This document shows, one piece after another, positions 51,957 through 64,000 of a stretch of DNA of 64,000 nt; the first letter of the stretch is position 1; every line of letters begins with the position of its first letter. A model generated the notes under the pieces. The model did not search any database, was not told where the DNA came from, and was given only the letters and a program-made list of their open reading frames with translations. Source of the DNA: Enoplolaimus lenunculus. Its lineage: Eukaryota. The position numbers were made by a program, and so were the translations under genes. The stretch lies in assembly GCA_030248215.1 (NCBI GenBank), contig JASANG010002125.1, positions 124,001 through 188,000 of the forward strand. The letters are read 5' to 3'.

Positions 51957-54128
51957 TAAATAACATCGACGAATGTTATATGTCGTAGAAAAAAATAATC
52001 ACTAATCACCTCCCAAGAGACACACATCTTTGTCAATAACTGACAGCTTCAATACAAACGTTTCTTAAAACATAAAAAAGGAAGTTTGGTTTGTCGTTTG
52101 TCCAGGTATATAAAAATCAACCAAAGTTATAGTATTCCATATATCAAAAATCAAACGATCCTGCGAAAGTTTTCGGCAGTCTTACGTGTTTCAGTCTTTG
52201 AATTGGACACAAAAATGAAAACTGTGAAACTGACAAGACTAAAGACCAAATTATAGTTTAAATTTTAATTCAATTTTCATAATATTAACATTCTGTTGCT
52301 TCGTACGACCGCGAAGCATTAGGCGAGTATCGATATTTTAAACTGTCGGCTTTTGCAACATTGGTGTGTGAACCAGAATTGTACTGTGGCTGGTACACTG
52401 CGTTTGATTGTAGATCTTCGTCTGATGGCTTCTTTATATAGCGGTCACTGGCGCATCGTTGCACAGCAACCTATTATATATATAACCTATAGTTGTAGTC
52501 TGGCTCTTGGTTAAAATAATATTTCTGATATTTAACAAAAACTTTTCTGACATTTAAGAAATATAATTAGCAAGGTGAACTTGAAAAGTGTTTCTGTTAT
52601 GACCGAAAAGTTTTCAAAAAAGTTTTGAATTTTAATGTCTGAAAATATACGTTTTCCAGTTATTTTTAGAAAAATTGTCTTAAGTATCAGAAAAATTTGT
52701 CAGATTTGCCACAGAAAATACTTTTCTGAATAAATTCATAAATACTTTTTTGTGTGTACAAGGGTACCAGATATAGTAGATAACACACAACGTAAAGCTT
52801 AAACTTTATATCTACAAAATCAGATAGTTTTTTTAATATGAGCGACAATGTCGCTTTGAGTCACGTAATATTTAGTATACGCCGATTCCAATGTTTGAGC
52901 CTAACCCTCAGCTTAAGGATAAGCCTTTAACTAAGCCTAAACCCGAAACCTAACCAAAAAATAATCTAAAGCTTCTGCTTACTGTATTGGAGTCCTGTGA
53001 AAAACGAAACGCCCCTAAATGTGGCCCTTTATGAGAAAGATTCAGGGGTCAAAGTTTATAGGCCCCACGAGTTTTACCCTGCCATGATACGATCGACTTC
53101 GAGAGTGATTTGGCCTAAACCGAGGGTCGTCATTTGGATTTAACATCAGCTGTTGTGGCGGTTGTTGCCCATTTGCAGCCAGACCCTGTTCGTCTTCATA
53201 TTGGTGCCGATATGGAGATCCAGCGATGTGCTGTCCAAGAGGCGGCCTATCTAACTGACCCTCTTTCGAACAGTTTCGGCGAACTCGAACAGACTTGGTT
53301 GGCCGGAGGGCAGACGCACGGACTCCGTCGCCTCCTCCAGGGCTGGATCCGGCGGCAAATGCTGGCGAAGAGCGTTTTTGATATCCTGAGTCACTGTGAT
53401 GCTATAATCAAAAGTCGGCAACAGTTTTTTCATTTAGAATTAAATTCCGAAAGTTCCAAAATATGGCGTTGTTAAACGCGTACAGAGTTTAGTAAGTTTT
53501 CGCCTTTAGCTCGTACTGGCCCAATAAACCAAGGGCAATACTGATTCTGTGTTCCGGCAAATTAAAAATTATATTAAAACAAGGCTATTGTTTTTGTAAC
53601 TTTGTCTTTGTTGCAAAGTTTGCCATCATCTTAAACCATTACCACCCGGTTTCAATTCATCTCCAAGTTTTAAAACCACCTTCCGATTAGCATTTACTAA
53701 AATAAACAGTGGATAATACATACTAACACGAGTTTGCAACTGGGTACATCCTGTGTACAAAAGAATGTACCCGGCACGTGTTGGTGTTTTTGGCCTAACC
53801 TCCCGTTATTTAGACGGGGAACAACCTATGCCAACCATGACACTTTATCTATCCGGCAACAAATTGCTCCATTTATAATTTTTTGTTGTTGCATGTGCAA
53901 CCCCCTCTCTAAACAATAATCATTCCCCTTTTTGAGACCTTTTTCACACAATTTTAATACTCTCTACCAACAATTTTACCCAAAATGCTATACTAAGGGT
54001 CCGCCCCACTTATGGAGGTAGAACCAAAGGAATGCGTTGCAATCGTAGTTTTCAGACGCAACTCTAACGCACAAGATAGTGGTCCTTGCTCACGAATCCT
54101 AAGTTGTGCCTACACCGTTCAGATATAC

Positions 54129-55592
54129 TCAATTTGTTACGAAACTCACCGATGCAACACTATCCCGTTTACGAAGTGAACACGAATAACCTTCGCGAAT
54201 TGAGTCAATAATGAACGACACCAGCATCGCCCACGCTTCCATACGTTTCGCTGATCCTCTGTGCTGATCTAAACGGCGAACAACATCCAGTGATGCTTCG
54301 CCAAAATAATCCCAGTACTGTTTTTTCAGTCCATAAGTTGCGTACGGGCAATGCGCAGCGCCAACATCGAAACATTTTGAACAAAATTCATCGTTGATAG
54401 AGTCTAAATGTGAAATAGCATCTTCGAATAGTTCTGAAATAAGCCGGCCGTGATCGCGAGTTTTGTTTCCACCACCACCGCCGCCGCCTCCAGACGGGCC
54501 CGAACCGCCGACCGCGGTGACACCATTTTGAGCGTTCAGACCACTCGGCCACGGTGCTGTTGCCGCGGCTGCAGTTGGACTCTGTGGACTGCCGTTATTG
54601 TAATCGTCGTGTTCGTGATGATGACTGGCGAAATGAAATACGCCTTCGATGACGCTCGCTTGTTGCATGGTTTGTTTGAGACCACTGTCACGATCGAGTG
54701 CCGCTGCGTATACTTCGTTACCAAAATATTTGGTACCGTTCAATTTTGTAATTCGACGCCATGAATCGCGAAGCAATGTCTTTTGAGCAGACGTCAATTT
54801 GATATGTGCTAAAAATATCAAAATGTAAAATTAAAAATTTAAAAATCCTTTAACGAAATATTGCTTCACTGCATGCTGCGGTACGAATCCAGCAAATTTT
54901 GACAAATTCTTGGCTTTATTTTTCACCTTCGATTGCACCATAGTACAAAATGAAGCAAATTATGCTGAGTTTCGACCCTTAAACTCTCAAATTTTACACA
55001 CTCTGACACTCCAACGATTTTATTTCCTATTACGGAGAGAGTCAATTTGACTCACCATTTTTTGCAGTGTGCCTATCCTTTGATTGGTGCACCAAAATAC
55101 AAAATAGTCGTATACTAGGCACCGGTTTGAGCCTATTGCGGAGAGAGTCGATTTGACTCACCATTTTTTGCAGTGTGCCTATCCTTTGATTTGTGCACCA
55201 AAATACAAAATAGTCCTATACTAAGCACAGGTTTGAGCCTATAGCGGAGACAGTCAATTTGACTCACCATTTTTTGCAGTTTCCCTATCCTTTGATTGGT
55301 GCTCCAAAATACAAAATAGTCCTATACTAGGGACAGGTTTGAGCCTATTGCGGAGAGAGTCAATTTGACTCACCATTTTTGGCAGTGTGCCTATCCTTTG
55401 ATTGGTGCACAAAAATACAAAATAGTCCTATACCAGGCACAGGTTTGTCTTGCCTTCAAGAGGAAAGTACGTACTTTGTACAATGATTACTGGTCACTTA
55501 CAAGGCAGGCTTGCACTTCTTTGCAAATGGCTGTCAGTGCTCGAGGATGGTGATGTTTCTGACTGCAAAAGTGCTGCACGTAACAGTGACAT
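54129..55592 (-). CDS. Divergent globin-domain protein (nematode glb-type)
   Basis: Exon 55592-55502 (MSLLRAALLQ...SASLP, gtaagt donor) joins in phase to exon 54808-54129. A helix LTSAQKTLLRDSWRRI, E helix RDHGRLISELFEDAISHLD (distal His), F helix VGAAH (proximal His), G helix GLKKQYWDYFGEA, H helix MEAWAMLVSFIIDSIREGY. Further upstream exons are not excluded. Confidence 0.88.
55034..55446. repeat. Tandem repeat, about 106-bp unit, about 4 copies, in the globin intron
   Basis: Unit ggagagagtcaatttgactcaccattttttgcagtgtgcctatcctttgattggtgc.ccaaaatacaaaatagtcctatactaggcacaggtttgagcctattgc. Confidence 0.95.
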
Positions 55593-56515
55593 GAGTATTG
55601 TATATGTATATATGTATATATAAAATGTGAAGCTTTAATAATTACTACCATCCGTTAAAGAGATGTATTTATTTTTGGATGACTAGCAGGGTTCCATCGC
55701 AATTCCGATTCCGTCTATTAAAATTCCGGCTAAATTTGACTTCCGATTTCGATTCCGGCTGACTGCTGTTCCGATGCCGGAATTCTGATTTTTCGGTTAT
55801 GAGTTTTTAAGATGATTGAACTTAGATTTTGCTTGTTTCGTTTTGTTTCGTTTCTTTTCAATTCTAATTAGTTCCGGTTGGAACCCTGATGATCAACAAA
55901 CTGAACAATCGTTCATTTTCATCGATCAGGTGTCGAATAATGTCGCAATCACTGCACACAAAACAGTATTTCTGAATTTACTCAGAAAGCAATTTTCTGT
56001 GGCAAATCTGACAAGTTTTTCTGATATTTAAGACTATTTTTCAAAAAAATAACTGGAAAACGTTTATTTACAAACTTTATTTCAAAACTTTTCTGAAATC
56101 ATTTCTGTTATCACAGAAATACATTTCAAGTGCATATTGCTAATTATATTTCTTAAATGTAAGAAACTTTTTCTTAAATATCAGAAATATTGTTTTGAGT
56201 GTCGCTGATCCAAAGCGAGACCGTCTAGGCGGCCTACGCCCTCTCAACAAGTATCAGCACCGAAGATTTGTTAAACTTTAGTACTGAAATTAAAATTGCG
56301 TTTGACTTCTCGCTCGTTTCGCTCGCGAGCTTTTACCGCTGACTTATCGCGCGGCCTTTACCGTCAGAAATTGCGGGACCGCTATTGATCATAATGATCA
56401 TAAGCTTAGGCTTAGGACTTGGCTTTACTTTCACCCTTAGGCAATAGCCATAGAAATTTGTTAGGGGACCAGTTCCAATACGGATACTGAACAATTATGA
56501 TAAACTTATATTTAA

Positions 56516-56768
56516 CCCTTTCTCACATTTAGTCGCCTATAGGCAACTCAACGCAGTGTATATACGTTAAACAGTATATATCGCACCGTGTTTAACAATT
56601 GCAACACGTATACATAGTACTAAATCACCACGAGAAGTGAGAACCCCCCTCGGGCTCGCGCGTCAAGCTCCTATAGCTGAGTACGCCTCCCACTCCAGTC
56701 ACTGGAGTTCGAACCCTAGCATAAAAGTAGGTCTCAGGGGAAATAGAAAATATTCATCTGAGAAAGGG
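56516..56768. mobile_element. piggyBac-like MITE
   Basis: TTAA|ccctttctca...tgagaaaggg|TTAA; partial inverted copy at about 57622-57730. Confidence 0.85.
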
Positions 56769-56941
56769 TTAAATCTATCAAGAGTAGTTTGGCTCATGTT
56801 ACCTTAGCGATATCTTGTTTTCCCTCGGAACGGCAGTAGAGTACACTTAGTCTTTAATAGAATACCTTTAGTTTTGGCTTAACTTCAGGTTTATATACTT
56901 ATTTTTACAATTATTGTTATTCTTTACTCAGACTCTTCGGC

Positions 56942-57485
56942 GGCCAATGTAAAGAACAGGGGCGGAATAGTATTTTAAGCATATTCCTAAGCCTAAGCCA
57001 AAGCCTAAACCTAAGCGCAAGAATGAGCATATTCCTAAGCCTAAGCCTAAGTCTAAGCCTAAATGAAGCAAAAAAATAGACTTGTCACTAAAACACAAAA
57101 TAGCTGCAACAGATTCATGATTTTGTAGTACAAAAATTCAACGTTTGTACCACAATTTTTTTAAAAATTTTGTTGAAAAAATATTTAAATAATTTATTCA
57201 AATACTCTCATTGGTTGAACTGCGAAAAAAAATTGAAAAACATATTAATTATAAATTGAAATGTATAAAACCTTAACCTCGTTTCATCTTCGTCATACTT
57301 GGCGAATGCAAAACATCAGGAGCGGAATGTTTTTCTGCGAGACACCAATACAGTAAGCTTTAAACAGTAATTTGTTCCTAAGGCTTCAGATTTAGGTATA
57401 AGCTCATTCGTACGCTTAGGCTTAGACTTATGCTTATAGAATTAGGCTTTATAAAACTGTTACAGCCCTGTTCTATACATTGGTC
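56942..57485. mobile_element. Two GGCC/TTAGGC MITE copies (truncated 56942-57080; full about 57301-57485)
   Basis: ggccaatgtaaagaacaggggcggaa followed by (gcctaa)n; second copy flanked by gtcatact repeats. Confidence 0.75.
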
Positions 57486-60400
57486 GTCATACTCCATGAA
57501 TACATGCGTGGTTGCCAAAACTGTAAAACACACGATTGAACTGATCATTAATATTTGCAGCTTTTAAACCTAAAGTCATTTAAAACTGGTTCGTGTACAT
57601 TTATGGCAGTCTCTGTTTTAACCCTTTCTTACATGAATATTTTCTATTTCCCCTGAGACCTACTTTTATGCTAGGATTCGAACTCCAGTGACTGCTGTGG
57701 GAGGCGTATACCTTCACCACTCAGCTATAAATACGGATAGATTGAGTGTGTCCGTTTTGGCAGATATATAAATCTTGCAACAACTGCTTATAATTATCCT
57801 TCGCTTGCCTTGGACCGCAATGGAGGCCAAACATTTTTCAGGAGGGACGATACAAGGGTTTTCGATGACTTACAAGCAAGGTTAAAAAGTGAATAGGGAG
57901 GGCCAAAATTGTTTTAGGGGACTAAACTCTCTGGCCCATCTCTGGTTAAACGTTTCGATGTGTCATATTGATTGCCGGAACGGAACCACGGATGGAGTCT
58001 ATGGTGGACGGAATTGTTTAGAAATTGTTTTGGTCCGCAAAGCAATTAAATCCTGCAATTGTCCCGTATACCCTTCTGAAACTTTTTGGCAGCTCTCTAA
58101 TCCATTATAGCTATCTACATGTCTGATGCGTTTGATAGTATGCCTCTGAATGTGAATTGAATGCTGCTTAAACATTAGCTATTCTGGCGGTATAGCTAAA
58201 GACTTCTATAGGCAAACTTTCCCACAAGGCTTAGCCTAGGTTCATGCTTAGAATTGGATTTCAAGAAAGTTGTATCTAAGCCTAAGCCTAAACGATTGTC
58301 TAGCCAGAGCCTAAGCCTTAGCTTTGGGTAAGTATACAAGAGCCAAGTTGAAAACTCCAACGAACAGAAGCAAAATATTACACCATCTTTACAGGTGTTT
58401 ACAGTGTCAGACAACCATCCCTCAAGTGACAATGAAATCGCCGTACAGAAAAAAACAAAGAACGAGCAGCAACACAAACATGACCTTTTTAAGTATAACC
58501 ACGGTTTTTCTGTATTTCCTCAAATCTTCAGAAGTTCTCATACGACCTCAGAACAGCTCAGAAAATAAATATTAGCTTTTAAGGTCACTTTTAAAGCCAT
58601 GAAAAACACAGAATGGGCACACGTGGTATAATCATTTGTATACCAGAATTATATATTCCTGCTACTGGCCAACGTATAAAAATTTTAGCAACGTAGAGCT
58701 GAAACGCTCGTAAGGTAAGACCGATCTAATTGAAATTTTAATTCGTTCTTCCCTACACGGACCAACCAATTAGATATGGTTTACGGTTGCGTCCAAAATG
58801 TTTGTCCATACAATTTTGATAAGAATTTTGTAAGCGTATACGTTTTGTTTTATATGGTCAGATCACATTATTTGGCCCATGTTACTTTAAGGGGCGTCCA
58901 GATTTCTGGTGGGCCCATAAAACCACAAGCAGATTCTAGATTACATTTTTTGCTTAGGCTTAGGCTTAGGAATACGCTTTACTGTTACGCCCCTTAAAGT
59001 AACATTGACAACTTATTTTAAGCGCAAATCTATAAGTAACCATTCAATTTGCGAGTATAAATCTAAGTTGAATTTCAACTGAACAGGAAGGTGCTGAAGT
59101 TTTGTTTGGACTCAGTTGATGTTTGCACAACAGAATGCTGCTGAGTTCATCCAACACGACGATTTATAGTTTTTATAAGCAGTATTAAGAGTTTGCGTTT
59201 TAGTGGTTAGCGAGTGTCATTTTTATTGAAGACCCCCCTATTATTTCCACCTTCTAATTTGGATCACTACAGTAGGCTTATTTTTACTCTAAACTTTTAC
59301 GGATATTTAGTGACACTTTATTCAGCTACCGATTGAACTTATAACATTTTCTAAAGATTCCGTTTCCGCACCCTCGAGGCGGTAATCCGGGTTACTTGCG
59401 CGTTTATAACACATTCTTAGTTAAACCAACAGTGGATAATTACTCTTTACAAGAGTGTGCACCTGGGTACACTCTGTGTAGAAAAGACTGTACCCGGCAC
59501 GCGTTGCGTTTTTGCTCTACCCACCTCTTTATTTAGAGGCGGCTACAACCGGTGCGAACCATGGCACTTTACGTATGCGGCGTCAAACATGGTCCCCTTA
59601 TGAATTGATTTAGGGGTACTCGTGCGATAGGGACCCCCTTCTGAACAAGGGGAGGGTTGGGCCAATAACGCAACGCCCGGTGGTACATTTTGTACCATGC
59701 GGGACTCCAACAGTTGCACACTCTTGTTATGATTCATTTTTATTTAAACAAAGTAAAGATTGTGCAATAGTTTTGAACGCCTAGAAGCAAGCAGAAACAT
59801 ATTGACTCTAAACTAATGAAGTTAATATTGAGATTAGAAGTGCAGAGTAAATCTTAGATAAACACTGAGCTAACTACGACTCAACCCTAACAATTAGAGT
59901 ATGAGGATATCAACACATTTGAGATCTACGCATGTATACTCAAGTCTATGTTACCATCTATCAACGTTTAGCGTTAGGTGATCGAATTGACGAACTTCTG
60001 CAATTGCGAATCTCAAAACAGGTGCTGAAATAGGACAAATTAAATGCGAAAAATGTGCTAAATTTCAATCGTCATCATTCACTGATTCGAAAGCTAAAAA
60101 ACTTATCATCAATTGGTGATAAGTGGTACACATATTTGAGAATATGGGCTTTACGTGAAGTTCCAACTGAATATGTCTCACGTACTTGTTCGCTAGTGCT
60201 AATTTAATACAAGGCCAAAGTTTTCAACTCACATGTTTATTGTTTGCCTAAGCCTAAAGCCTAAAAATGCACGTAAACCCAACAAGGGCATAAAACTTGG
60301 ATTGCAATTTGGGAAGGTATAATTTTACGTATAAAAAATTCTGACCCCTGCTATCCTGAAAATTGAAACCAGTTAAAAGCACTTTTTCTTGCCTCTCCAG

Positions 60401-61687
60401 AAATTTCGGGATGAGATATATGATATGTCCCCACTTTCTATCCCTTTCTACGCACCCATCAAGCTGAGCCTACTCTATTTTACGCGGATCTTTGGGCAAG
60501 GGTCGAAATAAAAATGATATATCATGTACTTCAAAGACATTAAAACTATCCTAAGATTTATGGGAAAAAATATATTACAAATATCACTCACTGGTTTAGC
60601 TAATTTCTTACCCTGTTTATAAACAAAACAGATACGTACCAAGTGCTAATGTCTCCACAGTCTAAATTTACCACCATCTCTATGAAGCTTAAAGAAAAAT
60701 GACACCTGTCTCAATACTTTTTTGGTGATTATGTCCAAGTTCCAGCTTGATATTTTTGTCGGAAAAAAATTATTCAATACCGTTTGTACATTAAAACATA
60801 TATATTTGGCTTTGCAGTATCGCGTGTTGGGCGAAACTAACAAAGGTTCGAACAGGCCCACAGCCAGCTGGGAGGGTCCAAAAATTTTTCAGGAGGGGCA
60901 TTCAAGGGTTTTCAATGACTTACAAGCAAGATTGAAAATCTTTTAGGGGGGCCAACACTTTTCCAGAGGGGGGGCTGAGCCCCCCTGGCCTCCCTTGGCT
61001 ACGGGCCCGGTTGTCGAACTGAATAAACGAAGCAAAACTGAACCTAAAACCATGTCCTCAATGTTTAAAACAAATTGTATGGTCCAACTGGCTGATAAGT
61101 TTTCTACTCTGATAAAAACGTAACCTACCGGTGAGTTACAGCTTGCTTACGTTTGTACAGGTAATTTCTGTATTTTCATTTTACCTCTTCATAAATTTCG
61201 CCAGTACGCAAAGTTTAACAAGTAAGTGTGGCGTCATACTTGTCGTGCGGCGCTGTCCGTCGTCGTCTGTCACCATACGGTATCGTAGGTGAGTAATTTA
61301 GTGACGTATACGGTGACGGGCGGTCCCGGACGCCGAAGGACGTCACCGGACGCCATCAATATTAAAGCGCCACCCTGACAAATAAAAAACGTATTATTTG
61401 ATTTCATATTAGGCAAAAATATCGTAGAATTGCTTGGTTGTTAACGCAAGAAAAACCTAATAATTAAAGATATACCCGCTTTATCTGAGATTGAAAATTG
61501 AAACAAAGTTCGTCAAGGTGTTAATATATGCACTATAAGATGCACTAATGTGAGCAAGTAAACATTAAATGCGACCCTAAGTATGTTTAGCATCAGTCTG
61601 TCTCAACTACTTCAGGGTGCCTCCTGATTGTGAGCTGATGTGCCCAAATTATCGACCTTGCTCAACCATAGTTTTGATTGAATTGTT

Positions 61688-61810
61688 TTCACTGGTTCCA
61701 GCTCGGTGTCTATTGGTTAATGCTGGTAATGAGTTGATAGCTGATTGGTTTCACTGGTTCCATCTCGATATCTATTGGTTAATGGTGGTAATGAGTTGAT
61801 AGCTGATTGG
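61688..61810. repeat. Tandem duplication of about 61 bp
   Basis: tttcactggttcca.ctcg.t.tctattggttaatg.tggtaatgagttgatagctgattgg occurs twice. Confidence 0.85.
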
Positions 61811-62296
61811 CTTGTTAAGTTCATAACAGCGCATGGCAGAAAACATCAAGCCAAGATTATACCTTCCAAATTACTATGTTTTCAACCCAAATATCTCAGA
61901 AAGTGCTTGGACAACGCTGAACGTTTAATAATTAATGCTTGTCATCGTCTGTATAACCTTTACACGACAAAGGCCAAAACTTTTTCAAAATTACACAAAC
62001 ATCATAATTAATATTTTAAAACACAGACATTTTCTGTCACAAAAAGCTGTGTTTTGAAGAATTTGGTTGTAATTTTTAAGTATTCGGTCGTTTTTGTCGT
62101 AAAATACACATTATTCCAATATTGAGGTATGCAGCAGAACAGTGTCGGTTTGGAGTCGCCGCCATAGCTCCAAAGCCAAAACATTGTATTAGGATTTTAA
62201 AGCTAAAATTTATCAGGTTACAGTGCTAATTTAAGAAACGCCCAAAACGAAAAGTTTCTGCGTTACAATAGAAAATATTTTAGCAAACTTGGTTGT

Positions 62297-62457
62297 GGCC
62301 ATTGTAAAGTACAGGGGCGAAACAGTATTATAAGCATATTCCTACGCGTAAGCCTAAGCCTAAGCCTAAGCCAAGCACAAAAACTAGTCTCAAGCTTACG
62401 CTTACTCTTTTTTTAGTTCCATAGAAAAACGTTCCACCTCTGATGTTTACATGGGCC
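62297..62457. mobile_element. GGCC-ended TTAGGC-containing MITE, reverse orientation
   Basis: ggccattgtaaagtacaggggcgaaac...tttacatgggcc with internal gcctaa repeats. Confidence 0.8.
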
Positions 62458-64000
62458 GTTGTTGTGGACAAACATCTAGTAATGGTCTTAACACTTTAAC
62501 TCAGGTTGACAGCTCATCACACACACGCCGTTCAATTGACTCTTGGCTGTTGAATGCCTTGAATTGAAATATTTCAATTTAAACCTCTTGGATCATTCTT
62601 TACGCAAATAATTTATTTTTCAAAACCAAACGAATCTCATAATATGCGAGATTAGAATTTATACTGCGTTTTTGAACAGATTAATTGCTGACATAGAGAT
62701 ATTAAAAAATCTGGTATTTTGGGTTTTACCTTTCAACTCTCAAACACGAATGTATATTTCTTTATGGGAAATGCAACGGTTTTTGTAAAATTATCAGTTT
62801 CCAAACTGAAAAAAATTCTGTTATGAATTTTTGTGCGTAGTCTGGAATGGAAGTGCCCTTTCTGGCGCCTCTCTCGTGTGAATTATGCCTTCTGCATAAT
62901 CAGAGGTTTGGAAAGTGGGCTACGTTTTATAAAACATTGGCTAAAAAATTTAGCCTGTTACCAATTAAACAAGTTTCAAAATTACTGACAAACATTTCAA
63001 AGAGTCTACTTGATTCTCGGTCGTTTCCTAGCCCTGCAGCAGTTGAACACAAACGTCAATGTCAAGATTTATCTCAACTTAAATTGAATCAGCTTCGACG
63101 AGGCAGAACAGTGCTGGGTGACAGGATTACAGTAACCACGTAAAATTATCTGTTCTATTTGGCACCTTTGTACACTGCAAAAAATGGTCGAGTCAAATTA
63201 ATTCTCTCCGAAATAGGCTTTTCCGGACTACATAAACTGAGGCAAATTTGACTCCACCAGAGTCAAATTCGACTAACCCAAGTTGCTCAGTGAGCCGAAT
63301 TTGGCTGCGGCGGAGTCAATTGCATGAATCTGTCAAGTTGAAAACGTATCACTAACTGGTTATAAGTTCTATATGCATTTGCGAATATGGGTTCGAAATT
63401 GCATACATATTAATTTGACAAAATAACATACCCTATTAACACAATGCAGAACGCATGATAATTATTCGTTTTAAACTTTCTAACTCTTACAATAGGTTAT
63501 AGTCAAAAATCTAAGCTGCCACACTGAATTACTGTAAATATTCAAAATAATATGCAGATCTAAACGCAGTGATGCCGTGAACGACAACCATCACATGGTT
63601 CGGCAGACTTTTACGTGATTAATAATTAAAATTATAAAACTTCACCGTTTTAGGCCAAATACTGCTCGTAGTGCAAACGTGAGCCTAGTGGCTTGGGCAT
63701 CGCAACAACATATGGACTGTGGTGTACGCGATTTGAATCCAGCGAAAAATAATTTAAATAAAAGCAGTCAGTTGTTAAATTTCTCAAATTTTTTACCGTA
63801 AAACTACATAGCTACACTTGTTTAGAAAATAGTTATGAAATTCAGAATGGTGGAAGCGGACACGTTCTTGCACAAATCTCAAGGCCCCCACGTCTAGAGT
63901 CGTAAACGTGCTGTGGTAAATTTGATACCGTGAGAGTTTTGGGTGCGAAAAAAGTTGTTTCTGGATTTTTTTTATAAATTAGAGGTAAAAACTAAATTTA

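Noticed and set aside
55034..55446. CRISPR-like array
   Set aside because: Whole units are repeated with no unique spacers, and the context is a eukaryotic intron.
58196..58575. Short ORFs as extra globin exons or a separate gene
   Set aside because: No recognisable homology, partial overlap with gcctaa repeats and no clear splice phase link.
63675..63750. tRNA-like segment (also near 19945-20010)
   Set aside because: Only loose A/B-box similarity; too degenerate to call.

Overview
AT-rich, intron-rich eukaryotic DNA, most likely from a nematode. This is an inference from TTAGGC (nematode telomere-type) repeats inside MITEs, a nematode-style divergent globin and candidate trans-splice acceptors. 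Genes: 5'-truncated multi-exon UGGT (+), a decayed Tx1/L1-clade LINE (+), EMC6 (+), intronless PSMB2 (-), a divergent parkin-like RBR E3 ligase (-) head-to-head with UBR7 (+), intronless RRN3 (+) and a two-exon globin with a long low-complexity insert (-). Introns and intergenic DNA are crowded with non-autonomous DNA transposons (Merlin-like, several hAT-like, piggyBac-like, TA-flanked) and a tRNA-derived SINE-like repeat. The most striking observation is the parkin-like gene. It appears to lack the N-terminal Ubl, and by eye it has lost the phospho-Ubl pocket and autoinhibitory residues while keeping the catalytic Cys and the phospho-ubiquitin site. All exon models were built by hand; no database searches were run.
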